This document shows, one piece after another, positions 9,351-19,266 of a DNA stretch of 52,677 bases (positions are counted from its first letter, which is position 1; each line of letters begins with the position of its first letter). Source of the DNA: a virus (taxonomy: Duplodnaviria > Caudoviricetes); the IMG/VR virus record IMGVR_UViG_3300010157_000085, positions 1 to 52,677 of that record; one strand, 5' to 3'. The notes under the pieces are model-generated. The model worked only from the letters and a program-made list of their open reading frames with translations. It made no database searches and had not been told where the DNA came from. Position numbers and translations under genes: made by a program.

Positions 9351-10100
9351 TTAGTTCTGCTGACGGTAGGTTCTTTTCTGTGTTGTCTGAAACAGGTTAC
9401 CACTGTAGGTAGCAAAGTATCCATCATATTCCTGGGTCTCACTGGCCTGGGTAATAATCTGACGAACCTGTTGCTGTCCAGTAATTGTACCAGTTGTAGT
9501 AACCGTTGTGCCACCTGTTAGGATGGTAGAGTTGGAAATCATTCCACCAAAACCAACAACGTAGGTGTGAACTGTTACGTCATCGATCCAATTGGGTGTT
9601 GCATTAGGCGTGCCAACATAGTTAGGATAAGTAGTGCCAAGAGCACCAGTGATTGTTACAGCTGTAAGCGTAGGAGCCGTACCGCTACCACTTACAACTG
9701 ATAGCACGATACCGCTAGGGACAATGATATCTACTACAGCACCACCGTTAGCTGCACCAGTGTTACCCTTGAGAAGCTGAGCAGGGCCAGCATTGACAAA
9801 GAATGTACTTGAGCTGAGTGGCCCAGCACCGAGAGCTGTTACCAGGTCACTAACCTTACCGGTGCTACCAGTAATCGTAGCGGTTTTAACGCCAGTGCCA
9901 GTACCACTGATTGTAAATGTACTACCACTAAGAACACCCGTTAGTCGAAGAATACCACTAGCCTGAGCAAAGGCATTTACCAGAAAGGCTTCATCAATTG
10001 GTGGGTCGGGGTTGGCAGGAGTAACACCAGCACGCGTCTGAGCACGTAGTAGCGCCTTGTTACCCTGCTCCTGTGGTACGTTAGGAGTTGGAATTGCCAT
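9351..10100 (-). CDS. Putative structural protein
   Basis: 249 aa, T/G-rich, AGGTG SD. Confidence 0.65.
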   Translation of the reverse strand: MAIPTPNVPQEQGNKALLRAQTRAGVTPANPDPPIDEAFLVNAFAQASGILRLTGVLSGSTFTISGTGTGVKTATITGSTGKVSDLVTALGAGPLSSSTFFVNAGPAQLLKGNTGAANGGAVVDIIVPSGIVLSVVSGSGTAPTLTAVTITGALGTTYPNYVGTPNATPNWIDDVTVHTYVVGFGGMISNSTILTGGTTVTTTGTITGQQQVRQIITQASETQEYDGYFATYSGNLFQTTQKRTYRQQN

Positions 10101-10154
10101 TGTATTTCACCTATTCTTTTAAGATATTTTCCGTATTAGTAAGGACTCTATAAG

Positions 10155-10433
10155 TTAGAAGCCGCGAGTAGTGGTGTTGTACTGGTCATTCTGGAATACA
10201 AAACCATTGTTATTACTACCGGCCCAACCGTTACCACTCAAAGTTGGGGTAGCGTAACCACTAACAACAGCACCTGCAAAAGTCTGAGGAAGCCAGACGT
10301 TGTAAAGTGCTGAGCTGGTTGGTGAAAGGCCACTAAGCGTGGTATTTGGAGGCAGAACTGCCTTGACTGCTGGCTGGCTAGTTACAACTTCATCCTCTAC
10401 GGGGGCTGCTGCTTGTGATGTCTTGTCGCTCAT
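10155..10433 (-). CDS. Hypothetical protein
   Basis: AAGGAG SD before ATG 10433. Confidence 0.7.
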   Translation of the reverse strand: MSDKTSQAAAPVEDEVVTSQPAVKAVLPPNTTLSGLSPTSSALYNVWLPQTFAGAVVSGYATPTLSGNGWAGSNNNGFVFQNDQYNTTTRGF

Positions 10434-10472
10434 TTGTGCTCCTTGATATAAGTAGAGCAACAGCCCTACTAT

Positions 10473-11039
10473 CTACTTGGTCGGTTTAGGCTTTGAGTTA
10501 CTAGTGCTATTGTTCCAAACTTGCTCCCAGCTCTGGCTTGGGCCCTTGGGCTCAGCCTCGTCTGGCAGATCAATCTTGTACATTCCGTTGTTATCGCTAG
10601 CACCAGCATTCAGGCTCTCACGGAGTCGGTCTGCATGGCTTTCGTTTGCATCGCTCTCATCCACAAGAGTAGAGATCTTGTCCATGGCATCGTCTTCACT
10701 GAGAAAAGCGATCTTGCCACGTTGTACGGCACGCAGAAGATATGGGTCCTGACGGATATCATCTGAAATAGGTTGAACACTGCCGTGATAACCAGCTGCT
10801 GTAAGCTTGAAGCTGCCTTTTGCACTGGTAAAAACTGTACTGCTTGTCATCATGTTTTCGATCCAGTCATTTGTCTGGATACTCTTGAGGCCCTGAAAGT
10901 TAACAGCTGATGATGTCCTTGCAGCACTAAGGTCTGCGGGGTCTGCATGGTGTTCTTCATAGTGACCACCCAGATCAACTACTGGTACTGCTGTGCTCTC
11001 GCTGCTGACATCGCTTGATTTTGATACTGTTCTTGCCAT
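10473..11039 (-). CDS. Hypothetical protein downstream of major capsid (possible head completion protein)
   Basis: 188 aa, AAGGAG SD, position directly after capsid gene. Confidence 0.7.
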   Translation of the reverse strand: MARTVSKSSDVSSESTAVPVVDLGGHYEEHHADPADLSAARTSSAVNFQGLKSIQTNDWIENMMTSSTVFTSAKGSFKLTAAGYHGSVQPISDDIRQDPYLLRAVQRGKIAFLSEDDAMDKISTLVDESDANESHADRLRESLNAGASDNNGMYKIDLPDEAEPKGPSQSWEQVWNNSTSNSKPKPTK

Positions 11040-11115
11040 TTTATTCTCCTTGTTTCAAGGGGCTATTTGCCCTAACAGATCTAGGAATTCTAGATGTGCT
11101 TTATAATTTAGAAAT

Positions 11116-11152
11116 GATCTGGGCCCCATACCGGCAGGCGGTAGCCCAGATC
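11116..11152 (-). terminator. Stem-loop after major capsid gene (terminator or mRNA-stabilising hairpin)
   Basis: GATCTGGGC/GCCCAGATC outer stem with inner TACCG/CGGTA, 15 nt after the stop; poor U-tract. Confidence 0.5.
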
Positions 11153-11167
11153 CTATCTAGGTTAATA

Positions 11168-12178
11168 CTAAGCCTTGACGATCTTGCCGAGGCCACGTGG
11201 GTTAAGAACAATCTCTGAAACGAGTTCGTCCATGACCCAACCCTTGTGGAACTTCTCAGGGGTGTGGTTCTCTTCGACGTCGAGGGAGTACATGACTGGG
11301 AATACACCGAGGAATTCGGGGCTTGGGGTCATGTAAACAGTGCCCTGAGGAACTTCGATCGAACGTTGGACTTGGAATCCACCGAACTGAACGATGCGCT
11401 CACCAGCGACAACGCGGTCCTTGAAGGCCCAACCGGTCTGGTTGATGTCCCACTTGTAAAGGTCACGGTAGTCAATTGGGTTGAACAGCAAACGGCTGGC
11501 TTCCAACTGGTGAACTTCGATGAGGGCAACAAGGTCGTACATCGAGTCAGGGGTGATGTAACCCGACAACTCGTTGACAACGTGGTTAGGGCTAACCGTG
11601 TGGTTAGGGTCAACAGCGTAGTTGTTGATAGCAGCTTCAAGAACAGTGATAAGACGAGCGTCTTCCTGCATCATGATGGCTTGCTTGCTCATGTCCTGAG
11701 CATATTCTACGATGTTAACTCGCAGGTACCAAAGGTCTTCCTTCTTGATCTGTGGGAAGGTGGCAATACGGAACAGGCGGACCGGAACCTTCTTACCTTC
11801 GAAAGGAGTCACACGGACTTCACCTTCGTTACCCGACAGGATGTAGGCCTGACCGTACTCGTCCAAGACGTCGTACATGACAGGGACACCCGGGGTTAGT
11901 GGGTCTTCCAAAAGAACGTTACGGGTCATACCCTGGTAACGAAGCTTCAATTGGATAGGACCAATCATACCCTGGCCCAAACGGACCATGTAGTTGTCCT
12001 TGTCAGCAAGGATACCAGCAAGACGACGTTGCTTCTCTTCACGTGTTGCAGTCTTACGACCGGTTGCAGAAGCGAGACGCTCTTGAGCCTCTACGATTCC
12101 GGCGACATAGTCGTCCGACTTACGAGCTGTGCGAGGAGCCAGGTGGTCCGCTACAGCGCCATTAGGTGAAATACTCAT
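11168..12178 (-). CDS. Major capsid protein (Bxz1/Myrna-like)
   Basis: LGQGMIGPIQLKLRYQG..RNVLLED.L.PG...YDVLD..GQAY..G.EGEVR.TPFEGK..V.LFRIA.FP.IKKEDL, recalled from cluster C mycobacteriophage capsids; strongly biased codons. Confidence 0.9.
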   Translation of the reverse strand: MSISPNGAVADHLAPRTARKSDDYVAGIVEAQERLASATGRKTATREEKQRRLAGILADKDNYMVRLGQGMIGPIQLKLRYQGMTRNVLLEDPLTPGVPVMYDVLDEYGQAYILSGNEGEVRVTPFEGKKVPVRLFRIATFPQIKKEDLWYLRVNIVEYAQDMSKQAIMMQEDARLITVLEAAINNYAVDPNHTVSPNHVVNELSGYITPDSMYDLVALIEVHQLEASRLLFNPIDYRDLYKWDINQTGWAFKDRVVAGERIVQFGGFQVQRSIEVPQGTVYMTPSPEFLGVFPVMYSLDVEENHTPEKFHKGWVMDELVSEIVLNPRGLGKIVKA

Positions 12179-12197
12179 GATTAATTTACCTTTCTAA

Positions 12198-12731
12198 TTA
12201 GTTGGCGGTAGCCAGGCCATTGGCTAGACGGACAACAATTTGTGTTGGGCTGATGACGTCGATCAGCTCAGCGACTGGAACGGCACAGATCGTACCTGTA
12301 GAGGCGCTGGTGTCAGATTTCGAGGTTAGCTGACCAGTACCACTAGTGGTGTAAAGGTAGTTACGGGTGCCGCTTGTGCTGACCGTGTACGCCTGAGTGG
12401 TGTCAAATGCAGGAGCCGTGATGGTGAAGAAGGCATTGCTGCCACCCAGCCATACTGCCCAGCTGTTGATACCAACCTGGGTTACATCGTCAATGTTGGG
12501 GTTGCGGTCAAGTGCGCTAAGGCCAAAAGGCTTTGCACCATTTACCGTAGCAACGCTACCAGCATTGGCAACTGTGTCAGGTCCACTGCGGTACATAACC
12601 ATGCCCGAGTAGATGTTGGTCGTGTCACTGGGGTCCAGGAACGTGTTGTATGGAGTAGCCTCATACTTTTCGTACAATGGGGTGCACGTACGGTGTACCC
12701 CAACGTTTGCTACGCTATTGAGTTGCAGCAT
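12198..12731 (-). CDS. Capsid-associated (decoration/minor head) protein
   Basis: RT..PLY...ATPY..FLDP..IYSGMVM motif; immediately upstream of capsid; AAGGAG SD. Confidence 0.65.
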   Translation of the reverse strand: MLQLNSVANVGVHRTCTPLYEKYEATPYNTFLDPSDTTNIYSGMVMYRSGPDTVANAGSVATVNGAKPFGLSALDRNPNIDDVTQVGINSWAVWLGGSNAFFTITAPAFDTTQAYTVSTSGTRNYLYTTSGTGQLTSKSDTSASTGTICAVPVAELIDVISPTQIVVRLANGLATAN

Positions 12732-12758
12732 CTTTCTTTCTCCTTGTAGGGGGTTTGG

Positions 12759-14198
12759 TTAAAGTGTCATCAGCCAGTCGTCAGAAGCAATGTCCTGACG
12801 AGTAACTGTTGAGGCCGTTGTCAACCGACCCATCTCTGGCAGGCGGCTGTTGCCACTTGCCAATTTTTGGCTCCGGGGTTGACGTGCCCCAGACTCTTCA
12901 AACAGGTCCAGGCTAGCTACAAAACCTGCTAGCTTTGCACTGTCCATCTGCTCGAACTTTGCCAGGTGCTTGGCACGGTCATCTTCTTGGACCATGCCTA
13001 GCTTCTCCAGGCGCTCAACGAGAGCCAGGCTCTCAAAGATCTTCTCACGGCTAGCTTGAACAGCACCGAGAGCATTCTGATAGGGAACGAATGCCGGGTT
13101 AGTGGCGTCCATGGGGAAAACCTCCTGCTTGTGTGGCTCTTGGCCGGGGACGATCCCCGTACCGCTGCCATCGTTGTAATAGGGAACATAACCAGCGTCT
13201 TCAGCGTTAAGCTCTTCGCCTTCAAGTACGTTAGTTGTGAAGTCAGGCATCATTGCCCGAGCGCGGTCCCAGACACCAGCCTGGTCATCAAGGTCGCGAA
13301 CGTCAACAGTTACACCAGTTTCCTGGTTACCATTCGTGGCTTCCTTCTTGCCCTTGCCCTTCTTTTTCTTGTTCAACCAGGGTGGCTTGCCATCGCTGTC
13401 TTCGTCATCCTTGTCTTCGTCCTTCTCGTCCTTCTCTTCCTTCTTGCAGCTCTTGCAGCCCTTGCCCTTGCAGTCCTTGCAGTTCTTCTTGGCAGCAAAC
13501 TTGTTAATCTCATCTAGCAAGCCTTCAAGCTGCTCAAGGTCAGCACTGGCCTGCTTGTAGTCACCGGTGTTGACCAGGTCGTTCTCGATGTCAAGAACAA
13601 TAGAAGCGACAGTACCAACAACCTCATTGACATCACTATCGGTGTTAGCAAACTTGCTAACCGTTGAGGCTTCGTTGCTAGCAGTGATAATGTTGGAAAA
13701 GTCGAAGTCGACTTCTTCCTTGATAGCGGTACGGATATCACGACTGGCCTTGTAAACCTGGTACAAGCTCTCATCGATGGGGTCAATGCTTGCAGCTCGT
13801 GTTAGCTTAGGAGCACCAAGACTACCCTCTGGTAGGCCCTCAATATTGCCACCAAATCCAGTGCTAGGAGCTAGTGTGCCTGGACCATTTTCTGGGTCTG
13901 GGCCACCGAGAGCATAAACCTGACTCATGCCTGGCATGCCAACAATTTCTCCAGGCTGTCCACCGCTTGGGTCAGCAGCTTCAAGGTCAGCAACCTGAAG
14001 CTGGCGCTTCATCGGGTTAGAAAGATTACCAACCTGGTTGATAACAGGAACTTCTGCGGGTACCATTGCATCGGCATATGGTTGAATATTTTGCAGGTGT
14101 GGCAACTGGCGAGCAGGGGTTGCACTGGTACCTGATAGGCCGTTCATCTGGAAAGCATTGTCTGCTTCCTTGATCAGCTCATTATCGAAACGACTCAT
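12759..14198 (-). CDS. Scaffolding-like head assembly protein
   Basis: 479 aa, acidic/low complexity, helical C-terminus, CKDCKGKGCKSC, many K-x-A sites; lies between protease and capsid. Confidence 0.55.
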   Translation of the reverse strand: MSRFDNELIKEADNAFQMNGLSGTSATPARQLPHLQNIQPYADAMVPAEVPVINQVGNLSNPMKRQLQVADLEAADPSGGQPGEIVGMPGMSQVYALGGPDPENGPGTLAPSTGFGGNIEGLPEGSLGAPKLTRAASIDPIDESLYQVYKASRDIRTAIKEEVDFDFSNIITASNEASTVSKFANTDSDVNEVVGTVASIVLDIENDLVNTGDYKQASADLEQLEGLLDEINKFAAKKNCKDCKGKGCKSCKKEEKDEKDEDKDDEDSDGKPPWLNKKKKGKGKKEATNGNQETGVTVDVRDLDDQAGVWDRARAMMPDFTTNVLEGEELNAEDAGYVPYYNDGSGTGIVPGQEPHKQEVFPMDATNPAFVPYQNALGAVQASREKIFESLALVERLEKLGMVQEDDRAKHLAKFEQMDSAKLAGFVASLDLFEESGARQPRSQKLASGNSRLPEMGRLTTASTVTRQDIASDDWLMTL

Positions 14199-15022
14199 TG
14201 TAGCTCCTCGCTAGTTTTCTTGTCGGTGTTATCTTGATCAGTAGCATCGCCCATTGCACCTTCTGTTTTCATGGTTGCATCGAGCTGTAATGCTTGTTGC
14301 ATTCGAACTACTGGTTGTTTTGGTAGAATCATTTGACTATCTAAAAACATTCCAGGGCTTGCTTGCATCTGTGGTTGTTGTGGCTTTTCCGCTAAAGCAA
14401 GTCTTTGTATCGTTGCTTGAACTTTTTTTGTAGGTTTGTTTTTATTAGGATTGCTATTCTTAGACTTGCTATTATATACTTCAAAAGTTTGTGGTATGTT
14501 AAATGGCACACTAGCAAGGCCATCAAGTTTAAATCGTTTAAGATCAATTCCCGTTGCTGGTGCTGCTGGAGTTCTAAAAGCTTTTGGTGGCAAAGTGCCA
14601 TAGCATGCCTGTGTGGTACAAGTACCATCTACTATACTCGTGTTACCACATACTTTACATTTCTCTTTTTCAACTTTTTCTGAATTTGGAGAAAATTGAT
14701 CAATTATAGCAACAGGTGTCTGACCATCAACAAAAGCTTTTTTCTTGGTCTTCTTCTTTTGATCAGGAGCGCCACCCATTGCATCATTGGCAGCATCAGC
14801 AATTGCAGCATTTTGAACCATTGTTGCCATAGCGTATTCCTGGTAGGCTTGCTCTAGCCTGGGATCAAGGTAGTTGCAGGCAGCATTAGCACAGATTCCA
14901 TCACGGTAGCCACCGGATCCACATTGTGGGCAGTTGTCAATAGGCTGGCTGACAACGGGCAAGCGCATTCCGCTGTAACCCTGCTTTGGATCCAGGGCTT
15001 CACTTACCTTGAGGATTGGCAT
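14195..15022 (-). CDS. Head assembly protein with Zn-ribbon motifs
   Basis: CPQCG..C..C and CKVCG..C..C; TAATG overlap with the protease stop places the start at 15022 (MPILKVS). Confidence 0.65.
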   Translation of the reverse strand: MPILKVSEALDPKQGYSGMRLPVVSQPIDNCPQCGSGGYRDGICANAACNYLDPRLEQAYQEYAMATMVQNAAIADAANDAMGGAPDQKKKTKKKAFVDGQTPVAIIDQFSPNSEKVEKEKCKVCGNTSIVDGTCTTQACYGTLPPKAFRTPAAPATGIDLKRFKLDGLASVPFNIPQTFEVYNSKSKNSNPNKNKPTKKVQATIQRLALAEKPQQPQMQASPGMFLDSQMILPKQPVVRMQQALQLDATMKTEGAMGDATDQDNTDKKTSEELQ

Positions 15023-15693
15023 TAGTAGCGCCTCTTGTCTGTAAGCCAAGCGCTCTCATCTGCTGGATCAAATACAAAACTAAGTTCGAAGAAGTTTGGC
15101 TTGATGCAGCTTTCGAATACCAGGCTCTCACTGCGGCTACCCTCTTTATAGACGGTAACTGTACGGCCCTTCATGCGTGGGATGTGAACACAGTACTCAC
15201 TGGGCTTGCTAGCATACTTACCGCATGCACTGCACTGAGTGCCTTCTACGTCAGCTCCCATGCTTACAGCCTTTAGCTTGCCATCCATGATTGCGCTAGC
15301 TAGCTTGGGGAATGACTGAGCGTCAACTTCCATCAAGCAGTAAACACTGGCATCGATAACGCCACTGTCCAGCTTGGCTTCTTTGTACATGGCATCCAGG
15401 ATCACTCCACGAGCACGATCTGGGTCACTGTTGTTGTGCTCAACATAGATAGGGCGACCAATAAAGGTCTTATAACCCTTCTTGATCTGATCTACAGGCC
15501 AGCCATCATAGTTTGCATTAACACGGCTACTGATAGCACGGCTAGCAGCGTAAACGTAACCTTTTTCAGGTTTAAAGTTTGGGAAGTCTTCTAGCTTGAC
15601 CTGAGCAAGGTCAATGCTTTGAGTGCGTGCAGACAGAGACATCAGGCTGCTACGTCCCATAAGTCCAACAGTTGGTGCGCTATACTTTATCAT
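15022..15693 (-). CDS. Capsid maturation (prohead) protease
   Basis: RAISSRVN.NYDGWP, GRPIYVEHNN, ARGVI, VSMG, CSAC..YCVH, FFELS.V.DPAD; between portal and capsid. Confidence 0.8.
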   Translation of the reverse strand: MIKYSAPTVGLMGRSSLMSLSARTQSIDLAQVKLEDFPNFKPEKGYVYAASRAISSRVNANYDGWPVDQIKKGYKTFIGRPIYVEHNNSDPDRARGVILDAMYKEAKLDSGVIDASVYCLMEVDAQSFPKLASAIMDGKLKAVSMGADVEGTQCSACGKYASKPSEYCVHIPRMKGRTVTVYKEGSRSESLVFESCIKPNFFELSFVFDPADESAWLTDKRRY

Positions 15694-15702
15694 ATTCAAC
15701 GC

Positions 15703-15729
15703 CTAGTTTATTCAAAGAAGCATTTTACA
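15703..15729 (-). promoter_or_regulatory. Putative late promoter TGTAAA-N16-ACTAG upstream of protease
   Basis: Exact consensus copy. Confidence 0.55.
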
Positions 15730-15751
15730 TTGTTTTAATGTTTATTTTGTG

Positions 15752-16144
15752 TTAAATCTTCTGATTGTTTTGATTTTTTAGAATCTGAGTTAGGTCCTCA
15801 AGAATAATCTTGTGCTCTTCACTGACATACAGATGGTACTCTGCTAGCTCAGCGGCTATCCTGTCAGCACGCTTGGCTGCAATAAGCAGGATTGCCCCCT
15901 GCAGGCCAGCCAGTGTAGATAGACATAGGTTAAGAAGGATATAAGGATAAGGATCAAAATGATGTTGATTCGCTCCGTTATATACCATCCATACCGCCAT
16001 AAAAAAACAGAAAGCAGCAACAAAAGGCCAGCTGCCCATGCTACGGCGCATAACATCAGCACTTTTTTCTCCGAACGTTCTTTGGTCACCACTACGTACG
16101 TTGGGATGAAAGTCCCAGTGACCAACACGTTTTACAACGCGCAT
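15752..16144 (-). CDS. DUF1003-family membrane protein
   Basis: TFGEKSAD...MGSWPFV...FDPYPYILLNL.LS..A..Q...L signature; 2 predicted TM segments. Confidence 0.8.
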   Translation of the reverse strand: MRVVKRVGHWDFHPNVRSGDQRTFGEKSADVMRRSMGSWPFVAAFCFFMAVWMVYNGANQHHFDPYPYILLNLCLSTLAGLQGAILLIAAKRADRIAAELAEYHLYVSEEHKIILEDLTQILKNQNNQKI

Positions 16145-16500
16145 CAGTCTTCTCCGTCTATTAAACCCTTGTGATAACCCTTGTGCTCTGCAAAATCTTC
16201 TTTGATAGTATCAATACGCATGTTGAGTATGTCCTGGCCATGCTTTAGATCATCCACTGATCGTTCTATCCGGTTCATCTGGTCCTTGACACTGCTTCCA
16301 CCGTTGGGCTTGTACTGTGCCAGTATCTCGGTGAAGCGCTCTCCCTGAGCCTCAATGATCTCATCAACCTTGTTATCATAGTGTTTGGTGATTAGTTTAT
16401 ATACTAACCTGCCCAACACTGAGAAGAAGGTTGCGGCAAAAAAGAAGTTGGCAATATATCCAAACCAACTGTTACTGGTATCAAAGAAGCTGGCCAACAT
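16144..16500 (-). CDS. Single-pass membrane protein with coiled coil (holin-like accessory)
   Basis: N-terminal TM; PNGGSSVKDQMNRIE motif typical of actinophage membrane proteins. Confidence 0.65.
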   Translation of the reverse strand: MLASFFDTSNSWFGYIANFFFAATFFSVLGRLVYKLITKHYDNKVDEIIEAQGERFTEILAQYKPNGGSSVKDQMNRIERSVDDLKHGQDILNMRIDTIKEDFAEHKGYHKGLIDGED

Positions 16501-16501
16501 A

Positions 16502-16696
16502 TTAGAACTCTTCGTCTATCTTCTCATAGATACTGTTCTCAAGGTTGAGCTTGTGGGCATTGCGTGCCTTTACGCCTTCACCTTCTTTGATAATATCTAT
16601 CTTGACAAGGGGGCTAACAATATCCAAGAAGCTTGTCTTGTTGAAAGATACCTTGGGAAGGATGCTGGGTGAACGATCATCAAACAATCTGCTCAT
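16502..16696 (-). CDS. Hypothetical protein
   Basis: 64 aa, ATGA overlap with portal stop. Confidence 0.6.
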   Translation of the reverse strand: MSRLFDDRSPSILPKVSFNKTSFLDIVSPLVKIDIIKEGEGVKARNAHKLNLENSIYEKIDEEF

Positions 16697-19053
16697 AGGT
16701 TTTCCTCTTTAGTGGGATCGATATGTGTTTTACGTGCTGGTTGATCCATACCACCCTCACCACTGCTGTGCTCATCCATGTTCGTTGGAGTAGGAATCAT
16801 TGCATCATCGCTAGCTTCTATAAGTGCCGCAAGGTGCTTTTTAAACTCATCTTCATCAAACTTTTCATAACTATCATCAAGTGTTACCTTGATGCCATGA
16901 GCCAGCTTCATCTTCTTGCGTTTACGACTTTCTGAAGGTGTAGCAAACTTCATACGGCCACCATACTCAACACGTTCAGGAATAACACTTCCATCGCCAA
17001 AGCTCGTGCTTAGGATTTCATCTTCATTACCAGCTGTTTTCTTTTGTGGGCCATTCTTTGGTCCCTGCTTGCTGGGCTTGGGTTGCGTCTTTTTCTGGTC
17101 GTATGATTCGCTAGGACGCTGACGCTCTGTTCCACGCTGAGTCTGTTGCTGCTGCTGTGCTTGCTGGTTTATCATTGGGAATATCTGAGCACCCAGGGCA
17201 GCATCGCTGTTCTGCGCTGGTACGCCTGTCATGTTAGGAGCAGCTGGTGGTGTTACAAGGCCAGCAATTGCTCCAGGGGCTAGCTGTGCAGCAAGTCCTG
17301 GGTTCTCTAGGATGGACAGGTATGCCTGATATTCCTGAATGTATTCTGCTGGAATTGGTAGCTGTTGCACTAATAGCTGTTGAAATAGTTCGCGCTTGAA
17401 CTGCTGTTCAGCTACAACTGTCTTGACCTTTTCTTCACGACGAGTTTCAAGCTCATCATCAAAGTCAATAGGAATGTTGACTGCAAGTGTCCCCAGGCTG
17501 ATTGGGAATCCTGCTCCCATAAGGTTCTGCAAGAAGCCACGCTCAATGCTTTCATCGCGTAGGTTCATGCTGCGGAAGCGTACTTCTGGGATTGCTAGCT
17601 TTGGGCGTTCTTCAATGTACTCAGCACCGGTTTCTTCATCAACCATGAGCACTGTTTCCATGATTGGCATGGTACGACCATTTACGGTGCGCATCTCATA
17701 GTGACCCTGTCGTTCAGCTACAGGCTCCATACGACTACGGATAAAGTCATTGATCTTGTGCTGGTAGGTAGAGAGCATTTGAGTGATGAGCTCACGGTTA
17801 AGAGCACCACTAGCATAAGTTCCACCGTTACCACCCTGCAGTAGGTCAGAACCAATACCGAATACCTGCATGACCTTGCTCTCTACTCGCATAAAGTCCT
17901 GGTCCAAGCGAGGCATACTCTCTCGCCCAAAAGCATTCTGGATCTGTAGGCCATGGTGGTAGGTCATCAATCGGAAGTCCGAGTTGATTGCCATACTAAG
18001 GTCGTCTCTCAGGGCTTGTAGCTCAGTAGCATCAGGAATCCATGGCCCGTCTTGATCGACATCAGGAAGACCAAGTGTTGCAAGAATAAGAGGAGAATAA
18101 AGTCTGTCAGCAATAGCATCCTGAGCAGCGTTGAGGCTCTCCTCCAGCATAAGCATACGAAAAGCACGAAGAAGAATAGGAGTGCCATGCTCGCTCCAAG
18201 GGTTAGTCTTAAACTTGATCTGCTTCATGATCACATCACTAACAGGGATCTCCTTGTCTTGACGTGCCCAGGCTACAACATCAGGGTACATCTGCATGAG
18301 CATCTGGTATTCCTGTGATGGATCACGAGTCTCAATAAGTTTTTTGATCTCCTGAGGAACCTTGATGTGGTACTGGTAGGTTCGAAGCGCACGGTTCTTT
18401 GCAACGATAACATCGTTGGGGTTGATGATCTCATCATCTTCCCATGCGCCAATACCATCGTGCCAGCTGCCCATTGCAAATACTTCGCCTACGGTCCAGT
18501 GCTCACGGCCCAGGTCAAACAAGAATTCTTGATAGTTTAGTCCATCAAAGAATAGTTCGTTATAGAAGTCACTGATTCGCTTGTCATGATGAACTAGCTC
18601 AATGTCCAGAAGTGGAAAACGAGTATAGATATCAATCAGACCCGGGACCAGGTAGTGAGTTGTATAAAGCAAACGAGCCCAGTCGCGAATCTTACGCGTC
18701 TGCTCATCTGGGTCCTCCATGTTGAACCACCAGGTACGCTCACGCCAGTACTCGAATGGGTCATGTAGTTTTGGCATAGCCCACTGGGCATCGCTACCGT
18801 GAGCAGCACCAGTCTTACGTCCAACGGTGCGTGACATACGGTTTTCACCAAGGAAGTCACTGCCACTCAAGTTATTGAGCCTCTGACGGCCTTCTGGTGG
18901 CATACCAGAGACGTCACCGGTCAGAGAACCGGTACGAACATTCCGTAGCATCTCCTGGGTCTCAAGCCGATGGCGCAGTGGGTTACTAGAGCCGGTAATA
19001 CCAGCCGTGCGCATACGGTTGAGCTCTGCTGAAGCGCTCCAGTCATTGGACAT
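16693..19053 (-). CDS. Portal protein
   Basis: 786 aa; IR.W.RL.Y.TH.LV..LIDIY..FP, GTP.LLR.FR.LM.EESLNAAQDA.ADRLYSP..LA.LG, recalled from Bxz1-like portals; position in head module. Confidence 0.85.
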   Translation of the reverse strand: MSNDWSASAELNRMRTAGITGSSNPLRHRLETQEMLRNVRTGSLTGDVSGMPPEGRQRLNNLSGSDFLGENRMSRTVGRKTGAAHGSDAQWAMPKLHDPFEYWRERTWWFNMEDPDEQTRKIRDWARLLYTTHYLVPGLIDIYTRFPLLDIELVHHDKRISDFYNELFFDGLNYQEFLFDLGREHWTVGEVFAMGSWHDGIGAWEDDEIINPNDVIVAKNRALRTYQYHIKVPQEIKKLIETRDPSQEYQMLMQMYPDVVAWARQDKEIPVSDVIMKQIKFKTNPWSEHGTPILLRAFRMLMLEESLNAAQDAIADRLYSPLILATLGLPDVDQDGPWIPDATELQALRDDLSMAINSDFRLMTYHHGLQIQNAFGRESMPRLDQDFMRVESKVMQVFGIGSDLLQGGNGGTYASGALNRELITQMLSTYQHKINDFIRSRMEPVAERQGHYEMRTVNGRTMPIMETVLMVDEETGAEYIEERPKLAIPEVRFRSMNLRDESIERGFLQNLMGAGFPISLGTLAVNIPIDFDDELETRREEKVKTVVAEQQFKRELFQQLLVQQLPIPAEYIQEYQAYLSILENPGLAAQLAPGAIAGLVTPPAAPNMTGVPAQNSDAALGAQIFPMINQQAQQQQQTQRGTERQRPSESYDQKKTQPKPSKQGPKNGPQKKTAGNEDEILSTSFGDGSVIPERVEYGGRMKFATPSESRKRKKMKLAHGIKVTLDDSYEKFDEDEFKKHLAALIEASDDAMIPTPTNMDEHSSGEGGMDQPARKTHIDPTKEENL

Positions 19054-19063
19054 TATTTGTTCC

Positions 19064-19255
19064 TTAGAAGGCTACACAGCTGCAAGAGTTAATACCGCTA
19101 CCAACTTTTTGGTGACCACATGAGTAAAACTCAAGACTATTACTAAAGCGGATAACACCACCGCTGTCGTTCTGGTCGATAGGATTGCCATTGAAATCAA
19201 AGTTAGCAGCAACATGACGAGTACGAGCTGTTCTGATGTTTTGTGATCTTTCCAT
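19064..19255 (-). CDS. Small hypothetical Cys-containing protein
   Basis: 63 aa, MERSQNIRTARTRHVA..., SD present. Confidence 0.6.
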   Translation of the reverse strand: MERSQNIRTARTRHVAANFDFNGNPIDQNDSGGVIRFSNSLEFYSCGHQKVGSGINSCSCVAF

Positions 19256-19266
19256 AGTATTACCCT

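Noticed and set aside
11080-11106. TATAAA...CTAG (and a similar site near 29030-29054) as extra late-promoter copies
   Set aside because: Spacing is 1-2 nt off the strict 16-nt pattern, so they were not counted.
11246-13755. Long plus-strand ORFs over the capsid and scaffold genes
   Set aside because: Shadow frames caused by strong codon bias in the real minus-strand genes.
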